A stretch of 38,915 nt of DNA, taken from NCBI GenBank assembly GCA_046539325.1, contig JBKHHD010000009.1:1-38915 (forward strand). Reading direction: 5' to 3'. The stretch's first letter is position 1, and every line of letters begins with the position of its first letter. The DNA is from Candidatus Aenigmatarchaeota archaeon. Its GTDB lineage: Archaea; Aenigmatarchaeota; Aenigmatarchaeia; PWEA01. Below the pieces are notes generated by a model. That model saw only the letters and a program-made list of their open reading frames with translations. It was not told the origin of the DNA and searched no databases. The position numbers and the translations under genes are program-made. Shown one piece after another: positions 32,692 through 38,915 of the stretch.

Positions 32692-35600
32692 TTGTCCGAG
32701 GACACCCCCAAAGATGAGTCAAAGATTCCGAAAAGGTCCGAAAAAGACCTTCTGAAACGGAAGGAAGGCTTTAGGACTCTACTCAACGAGGAAAGGGAAA
32801 TATCCCCACGGAGAACTTCTAGGAACAAGCAATTCTTAATAATCCTTTTCTTTCTCGCCCTAACCTTCACAGGGATATTTTTTCTCAGGGGAGGGTTAAC
32901 AGGATATTTCTTGGAGCCTTCTATCCTAACAGAAAGTTACGAGCCTTCAGGGGATTTGCCCTCTACCATCGAACCTGGCGAGGACTACACCACAGAGTTC
33001 AGCATCGAATCAGTGGAAAACTATGTACCATCTTCCGGGACCGTTAAGTTCAGATATGAGGTCAGGCATGCAGAGGATGTGGAAGTAAGAGTAGTAGACG
33101 ACAAAGGGGAGGAGATCTGTGAAGACAGCTTAAGTGGTGAAGGTGAGTTTGCCTGCAGCCTGCCACGTGAAAAGTTGAAGGAGCTGCAGAGGAACTCCTC
33201 AAACTTCAGCCTGGAAGTAGTTGAGCCTGAGAACACCACAGAGAGTCCTACTGGTAGAGCGATAGAAGATGGCTCGGTCGGAACTCCTGTTGTGGAGAAC
33301 GAAACCATGGAGGAGAGGATCGAAAACGAATCGGAAGTTGTTGAAGGTCCTGAAGAGAAGGAAAATCAAACCGACGAGAGTAGGACAGACGAAGATGAAT
33401 CAGGAAAGTCTGAGGAAAATAAAACTGGTGATAGAACCCCCAGGGATAGAAACATTACCGATCCTGAAGTAGTTCTACTAGAGCCCGAAGAAGGTTCTGC
33501 CTTTGAGAATAACACAGTAGATTTTGGATTCGAGTCAGCGACCTTTGAGGAGGGTGCTGATGTAAGTCTTTTAGTGGATGGAGAGAAGGTGAATACATGG
33601 AGCCAGAAACACAGGACTATAGAGGCTTATGCCTATACAGAAGACTTCAAGCATGGTGAACATCACTGGGCTGTAGTCTCAGAAGGAGATGAAACTTATA
33701 CAAAGTCCGAAACGAGGAGTTTCGTCATTGAAGAAGTAGATGAGGAAAGAATAGGTATTTATGCTGATGGTCCTGAGGGCGGTAAAAGCCTTTCTTCTGA
33801 AACCGATAAAGTTAGCTTAGACTGGGAAGTCGAAGGAGAGGGTGAGGGGACCACAAATCTGTATGTTAACGATGAAAATGTGTACTCCTCAGCTTTGGAT
33901 AATCTAAACGGCTCGGAAGAATTTACGTATTCTTTGAATGTTTCTTCGGGCAAGACCTACGATTGGTATGCTACGTTTGAGATGGACGAGGGCGGATTCT
34001 ACTCTACTGATAATAAGACCTTTTCTGTTGAAGAAGCAGAGGTTGAGCCCCCCGTGGAACCACCTGTAGAACCGCCCCGTGACCCTGAAATCAGTGTTTC
34101 AGATCTGAATCTTGAGGTTGTGTACAGACCCGAGACGGAGCCCGATGTAGATCTGGAAGTTGATGATGAGGTAGTAACTGGAGAGAAAATGAATATTACT
34201 GCGAATGTCGAGGGTGAGTGGTTTGTTGATGCCGTAAATGCTTCCGTGGCTGGGAAAACAGTGTCCATGGAAAGAATGGATGACGGTTTGTACGTGTACG
34301 AACGGGAGGTTCCAGTCGTAGAAGAAAGTAGGGACATGCCTGTTTCAGTTGAGGCATACAACTGTGAAGATGGTTGTGAGATCGTGGATAAAGATCGGGC
34401 GAGTGTGAATGTTGAAGCTCCAGGGGATATCAACCTGACGAAGTTAGAGGTTTCCCATGAAGAAGAGGTTAAACAGGATGAGGTCATGGAAGTAGAGGCC
34501 TTGCTTACGTATCAGAACGGCACTGCGATCCAGGATGAGAAGCTAACCTTAACGATGGATGGGGAGACATTTCATCAAACGACAGATGAAAACGGTGTAG
34601 CGTATTATGATATAAACACAACCGACTTATCACCCGGAGTTCATGATTTTGATGCGAGTTTCGAGGGAGAGAATCTTAGTAGTGCGTCGTATAGAGGCGA
34701 GTTCAGGGTTCTCCAAAGAGCTGAAGACATGGAACTTCAATTGGAGGTAGATGACGTCGAATACGGCCAAGACTTAATTATCGACGCCGGGGTTCTTGGT
34801 CTTTCCTCAGAACGTCCAGAACAGGAAGAAGTGAGGTTCTTTATAGACGGACGGGATGTAGGAAGTAGGTCTCTCGATGCGGATGGAACTGTCCGTTTGG
34901 AATACAGTACTGAAAATTTGACCACAGATGACCACAATTTAACGGCAGAACTCGGGGCAGTTGATGGCTCAGCATCTGTGAAGGCTTCTGAATCCTTTGA
35001 GGTAGAGCCTGTTACGGAACAACAAAGGGCAGGCGTTGGAAGTCCCGTTGAATGGCGTAAAACTGTAAGAAAGAAGAATCCACGTGATAAGAGAAGAGAG
35101 ATGGACCTCTCCGTTGAGGTTCCTGCAGAGGCCGAAGCCGTAGGTTTGAGTAGAGACAAAGGAGATGAAGGGAATGTATTAACTACACAGGAACAGGAGA
35201 ACCTGGAGTTCAAGAAAGAAGAGGGTCATGTTGTCTTTTCCGAGGACTTTGATCCGGGCGAAGCTAAGGCCTATACTGTTCAATACAGGACCCCTGCACC
35301 GAGAAAGAAAGAAGAGAGCATCGAAGACGGTAAGAGGGTTACCGTATATTCCAACGTCAGCGTTCACTATCATAATGCCAGTGCGAATACATCACTTCCT
35401 GACGTTCCGGTTCGTCCGAAGCTCTACAGGATAGTCAATGGAAGCAGGGTCGATGTGACCGATGAACCGTTTTTCAACGTCAGTTACACGGACAGAGACA
35501 ACGACTCCCTTTACGACTCGATGACCTGGAACGTACCGAGACTTTCCGAGGATACGTACGAAGTTGAGCTCAGTATTCTCAACGTTCAGTCCTATCCCAC

Positions 35601-38600
35601 TGTTGGAGGTAACTGGACCAGTGAGTTCAACACAACAGGAACCGCCGATCTGAACATAACAGCAGTTAACACGACCTGGGATAACAAGACAGAAGACTAC
35701 GATCTCAAGTTTCTGGATCTGTCCTGTGGAAATGAAACCACGAACTACAGCTGGATAGATCATGGACCCGGAAAGGGTTCAGTCTACGTGGAAAACTACT
35801 CCTGCAACGAAACAGGAAAAGAGACCTCCAAGGTTCTGACAAAGGGTGAGCATCACCTTAAGTTTGAGTTTGGCAACGAGACCGAATACGCCCATAATCT
35901 GGCTACTTACACGTGGTTCGACGGCTTTGAGGACGGTGAACCCTTCAATGATGGTGAGTGGAACGTCATGGATAATGATTTTGAAAGAAAGACCGACAAT
36001 GTGTATGCTGGCTCAAATTCGGGGGGTATAGAAAGCAGTAGTGCCAGTAAAGACGTGGCGGAATTTACTCTGCCTGAGGCTACGCAGCCTGGTGGTTTCA
36101 AATTTAGCTGGCTTGAGACCTCTTCATCGACAGGTGGAGGAATTGCCTTGGTGGACGATTCTGGAACTGATATACTCGGGATGGCGACAGACAACCCACA
36201 GTGGGACGTTTACGATGATGATGGATGGACACAACTCTGGAGTGGAGATGGATATGGGCATTGGGTAGACTTTGAAGTGGACTTCGACTGGAGCAATAAC
36301 GAGTACTCCTACACTTTCTCGGATCCACATGCTAATGATGGGGACGGACACACTGAAACAGGTACAAGGACCCTTGCAGCGGGAACAAATATAGAGAAAT
36401 TGCAGGTAAGAGCCTACCACAGCGGTGATGGTAGGTGGGCCAGTGGTAATATGTACATGTGGTTCGATGATATCGTATTCGAACAAGTGAACCTCACCGA
36501 TTCCTGTGATGTGAATACTTCCAACAGCGACGGTGTAGAGGTAACCATAGAATCGCCCGGCGGAAGCACAGAATCCTATTCAAGTTTCACGGTAAACGAG
36601 GAAACTGGAGATGAAACCTCCTGTGGACCAGGACACTCCAACAGAACAAGTTGGGAAAAGACGACAGGTTACGACTTCTGTCCTGATGAGGGTGACTACG
36701 ATGCCCAGGTAGAGGCGTACACGATAGACAGCGAGGTCCCAAGCAGCTCTTATTCCTGGGAAACAAGTGATTGGATTACCGGAGTCTACACTGTTAACTA
36801 CGACGATAGCCAAGACTGGTGTAACTGTGATGACTCATCCAACGTTTGGGACTCCAACGACGTGGAATTTGAGTCAGGTGATCCTTCGTGCTGTGGTGAC
36901 GACTCAGACGAGCACAGGATCAATAGAGACTGTAATTCTGGTGTATGTACCTCCGATTCCTCGGATTGGGGCTGTTGTGACGCCACTAGCGACTGTGCTT
37001 ACAGTGGATCCTGTTACTCCGATGGACACACGGGTGATGTGGACGACGATGGGAACACGGAAGAATGTTCTTCCGGGAGTTGGACTGACGCGGACCCACC
37101 AGACGTTACAATAGACAGGCCTACAGGAGGTGAGAACTGGAAGGGAGATGACACAGAGACCATAGAATGGACGGCGAGCGACGAGAACGGAATAGATCAC
37201 ATAGAGCTTCACTACAGTTCTGACGGCGGGTCCAGCTGGAGTACAATAAAATCAAGTACAAGCGACGATGGTAGCTACGATTGGAGTGTACCCACGGACG
37301 ACACCAATGATGCAAGGGTAAGAGTCACGGCAGTGGACGATGCAGGCAACTCCAATAGCGATGAATCCTCCGATTTCACCATAGACTCTTCCGATCCTTC
37401 CTCAAACGTAGGTTCGTTGCCCGATTATCAGCTTTCTGACTCCTGGGTAATATCCTGGTCCGGGAGTGATTCATATTCCGGTGTCGATCACTACGATATT
37501 CAGTACTCGAAAAACGATGGAACATGGACGGACTGTGTTATCAACGACGGTTCGACTTCGATGACCTTCCCGAACGACTGCACCGAGAGCTCGCCGTCCG
37601 TAAGTTCTGGAGATACCTTTGAATTCAGATCCCGGGCCCAGGACGTGGCCGGAAACCAGGAATCGTATCCTTCTTCGGCCGACGCCTCGGTTATCGTTGA
37701 TACAAGTGACCCCTCATCCTCGATAAACCCGGATGGTACTTCCTGGCAGAACACGGACCAGGATTACGACATAAGCTGCTCGGACGGACAGTCGGGCTGT
37801 AGTATGATATACTATGAGGAGATAAGCGACGACGGGAGCTGTCCTTCGCAGGGATCCTTTGCAAGTTCGGGGAACTCCAATGGAACGGTTGAGGTTGATT
37901 TTCCCGTGCCAGGTAAAGCATGGGGTTCAACTACAAGCAGAGGAACTGGATGGGGAGACTGCAGTGCGATGCACGGTGACTGGGACGACGTCGATCAGTA
38001 CTGCAAGTGCCAGGGCTTCGCAGGGGCTGTACCCCCGTCCGAAAACGCCTGTTACCAGGAAGGCAGTAATGACCCCAAGAGAGAGTGGTATCTCGACAAT
38101 TCAGATGATTGCATAGGCTACGGTGGCGATTTTGGTGACCCTGACGCCCTGGTAGCAGTAAGATGCAGGGAATTGGGTGTGGAGGATACCGTAACCTGTT
38201 CGGCCGGTTCAACATGTGAAAGAGATGTCTGTTACTACAGCGACGACGTGGCTGGAAACACAGAATCAACACAGACCAGCAGCACGTTCAACATAGATAA
38301 AGTGGATCCGACGATAAGTTCTGTCAGCCTGAACGACTACACGGTTCAGTCCAGCGATACTATTGATATAACATCAGACGGGTCGGACGCAGATAGTGGA
38401 ATCGATACCTGTTATGCCTATAGAAGCAGCGATACGACGTTTGGGGACTCCGATGACGTCCAGCTTACGGATCTGGGAACGGACTGTGATGGAACTGACG
38501 TGGGGCTGGACAGTCCTTCAGAAGGGACGTATTATATATACGTCGAGCCGATCGACGTGGCTGGTAACAGCAACTACGAGAAATCCAATGAATTAACAGT

Positions 38601-38915
38601 AGATGATTCCGGACCTTCAGTTACAATAGACAGGCCTACAGGAGGTGAGAACTGGAAGGGAGATGACACAGAGACCATAGAATGGACGGCGAGCGACGAG
38701 AACGGAATAGATCACATAGAGCTTCACTACAGTTCTGACGGCGGGTCCAGCTGGAGTACAATAAAATCAAGTACAAGCGACGATGGTAGCTACGATTGGA
38801 GTGTACCCACGGACGACACCAATGATGCAAGGGTAAGAGTCACGGCAGTGGACGATGCAGGCAACTCCAATAGCGATGAATCCTCCGATTTCACCATAGA
38901 CTCTTCCGATCCTTC
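32692..38915 (+). CDS. Giant multidomain cell-surface glycoprotein/adhesin (>2,070 aa; Ig/FN3-like, ConA-like beta-sandwich and Cys-rich modules); 3' end runs off the window
   Basis: Missing from the ORF track (no stop in window). Manual translation: TTG 32692 after GGAGGA, no in-frame stop to 38915. N-terminal TM FLIILFFLALTFTGIFFL followed by LTGY; acidic linker; (VEPP)3; LNVQSYPTVGGNWT module; ATDNPQW...WFDDI beta-sandwich; CCGDD Cys-rich module; repeated D-x-A-G-N Ig/FN3-like domains. Confidence 0.9.
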   Translation, partial: MSEDTPKDESKIPKRSEKDLLKRKEGFRTLLNEEREISPRRTSRNKQFLIILFFLALTFTGIFFLRGGLTGYFLEPSILTESYEPSGDLPSTIEPGEDYTTEFSIESVENYVPSSGTVKFRYEVRHAEDVEVRVVDDKGEEICEDSLSGEGEFACSLPREKLKELQRNSSNFSLEVVEPENTTESPTGRAIEDGSVGTPVVENETMEERIENESEVVEGPEEKENQTDESRTDEDESGKSEENKTGDRTPRDRNITDPEVVLLEPEEGSAFENNTVDFGFESATFEEGADVSLLVDGEKVNTWSQKHRTIEAYAYTEDFKHGEHHWAVVSEGDETYTKSETRSFVIEEVDEERIGIYADGPEGGKSLSSETDKVSLDWEVEGEGEGTTNLYVNDENVYSSALDNLNGSEEFTYSLNVSSGKTYDWYATFEMDEGGFYSTDNKTFSVEEAEVEPPVEPPVEPPRDPEISVSDLNLEVVYRPETEPDVDLEVDDEVVTGEKMNITANVEGEWFVDAVNASVAGKTVSMERMDDGLYVYEREVPVVEESRDMPVSVEAYNCEDGCEIVDKDRASVNVEAPGDINLTKLEVSHEEEVKQDEVMEVEALLTYQNGTAIQDEKLTLTMDGETFHQTTDENGVAYYDINTTDLSPGVHDFDASFEGENLSSASYRGEFRVLQRAEDMELQLEVDDVEYGQDLIIDAGVLGLSSERPEQEEVRFFIDGRDVGSRSLDADGTVRLEYSTENLTTDDHNLTAELGAVDGSASVKASESFEVEPVTEQQRAGVGSPVEWRKTVRKKNPRDKRREMDLSVEVPAEAEAVGLSRDKGDEGNVLTTQEQENLEFKKEEGHVVFSEDFDPGEAKAYTVQYRTPAPRKKEESIEDGKRVTVYSNVSVHYHNASANTSLPDVPVRPKLYRIVNGSRVDVTDEPFFNVSYTDRDNDSLYDSMTWNVPRLSEDTYEVELSILNVQSYPTVGGNWTSEFNTTGTADLNITAVNTTWDNKTEDYDLKFLDLSCGNETTNYSWIDHGPGKGSVYVENYSCNETGKETSKVLTKGEHHLKFEFGNETEYAHNLATYTWFDGFEDGEPFNDGEWNVMDNDFERKTDNVYAGSNSGGIESSSASKDVAEFTLPEATQPGGFKFSWLETSSSTGGGIALVDDSGTDILGMATDNPQWDVYDDDGWTQLWSGDGYGHWVDFEVDFDWSNNEYSYTFSDPHANDGDGHTETGTRTLAAGTNIEKLQVRAYHSGDGRWASGNMYMWFDDIVFEQVNLTDSCDVNTSNSDGVEVTIESPGGSTESYSSFTVNEETGDETSCGPGHSNRTSWEKTTGYDFCPDEGDYDAQVEAYTIDSEVPSSSYSWETSDWITGVYTVNYDDSQDWCNCDDSSNVWDSNDVEFESGDPSCCGDDSDEHRINRDCNSGVCTSDSSDWGCCDATSDCAYSGSCYSDGHTGDVDDDGNTEECSSGSWTDADPPDVTIDRPTGGENWKGDDTETIEWTASDENGIDHIELHYSSDGGSSWSTIKSSTSDDGSYDWSVPTDDTNDARVRVTAVDDAGNSNSDESSDFTIDSSDPSSNVGSLPDYQLSDSWVISWSGSDSYSGVDHYDIQYSKNDGTWTDCVINDGSTSMTFPNDCTESSPSVSSGDTFEFRSRAQDVAGNQESYPSSADASVIVDTSDPSSSINPDGTSWQNTDQDYDISCSDGQSGCSMIYYEEISDDGSCPSQGSFASSGNSNGTVEVDFPVPGKAWGSTTSRGTGWGDCSAMHGDWDDVDQYCKCQGFAGAVPPSENACYQEGSNDPKREWYLDNSDDCIGYGGDFGDPDALVAVRCRELGVEDTVTCSAGSTCERDVCYYSDDVAGNTESTQTSSTFNIDKVDPTISSVSLNDYTVQSSDTIDITSDGSDADSGIDTCYAYRSSDTTFGDSDDVQLTDLGTDCDGTDVGLDSPSEGTYYIYVEPIDVAGNSNYEKSNELTVDDSGPSVTIDRPTGGENWKGDDTETIEWTASDENGIDHIELHYSSDGGSSWSTIKSSTSDDGSYDWSVPTDDTNDARVRVTAVDDAGNSNSDESSDFTIDSSDP
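34042..34077 (+). repeat. (Val-Glu-Pro-Pro)x3 linker repeat inside the giant protein
   Basis: gtt gag ccc ccc / gtg gaa cca cct / gta gaa ccg ccc; synonymous codons differ between units. Confidence 0.85.
37105..37400 (+). repeat. Exact 296-nt direct repeat, copy 1 (one Ig-like domain)
   Basis: Identical to 38620-38915 (offset 1515 nt, in frame); encodes VTIDRPTGGENWKGDDTETIEW...YSSDGGSSW...DDAGNSNSDESSDFTIDSSDP. Confidence 0.97.
38620..38915 (+). repeat. Exact 296-nt direct repeat, copy 2 (truncated by window end)
   Basis: Identical to 37105-37400; the ORF track also shows identical antisense ORFs at 37121-37315 and 38636-38830. Confidence 0.97.

Noticed and set aside
32678-32755. ATG at 32678 as the start of the giant gene
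   Set aside because: That frame stops after 25 codons; the long frame starts at TTG 32692 with GGAGGA suitably spaced.
123-38830. The many 60-230 aa ORFs antisense to or overlapping the main genes (e.g. 19017-19706, 21843-22544, 11991-12575, 33999-34487)
   Set aside because: They are Ser/Phe/Leu-rich shadows of Glu/Lys-rich sense codons, with no motifs, and lie over better-supported genes.
1-38915. CRISPR array, tRNA/rRNA, IS/transposase, integrase, DGR
   Set aside because: No regularly spaced repeats, no intergenic space large enough except 32482-32691, no such protein motifs, and the exact repeats show no adenine-specific mismatches or nearby reverse transcriptase.

Overview
Gene-dense archaeal-looking window: TATA-like boxes about 30 nt before leaderless ATGs, GGAGG/GGTG ribosome-binding sites, Glu/Lys-rich proteins, sequon-rich secreted proteins, a FlaK/EppA-like peptidase and MinD. 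A salt-adapted DPANN-type archaeon is my inference, not proven. There are four blocks. (1) 1-1188: two small minus-strand membrane proteins sharing an identical acidic plus C2H2 zinc-finger tail. (2) 1248-25502: a tightly coupled 20-gene, ~24 kb surface-glycan operon with a GT-C glycosyltransferase, a Wzm/Wzt ABC exporter, a coiled-coil ruler protein, GT2, then 13 consecutive intact radical SAM/Twitch paralogues, then two GT4s. It is followed by a convergent GH10-fold protein that appears to lack both catalytic glutamates. (3) 27357-31328: a His-Xaa-Ser-type RiPP locus (HxsB, two HxsD-like proteins, a small His/Ser precursor) in which an A24 prepilin-type peptidase is present and HxsC is not. 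(4) 31325-38915: a wHTH regulator plus MinD, divergent from a >2,070-aa surface glycoprotein that the ORF track missed because it runs off the end; repeated TCGACAGTA operator-like sites lie between them. Both window ends fall inside exact internal repeats (55 nt and 296 nt). No rRNA, tRNA, CRISPR or transposase was recognised. All family calls are from motif reading by eye; no searches were run.
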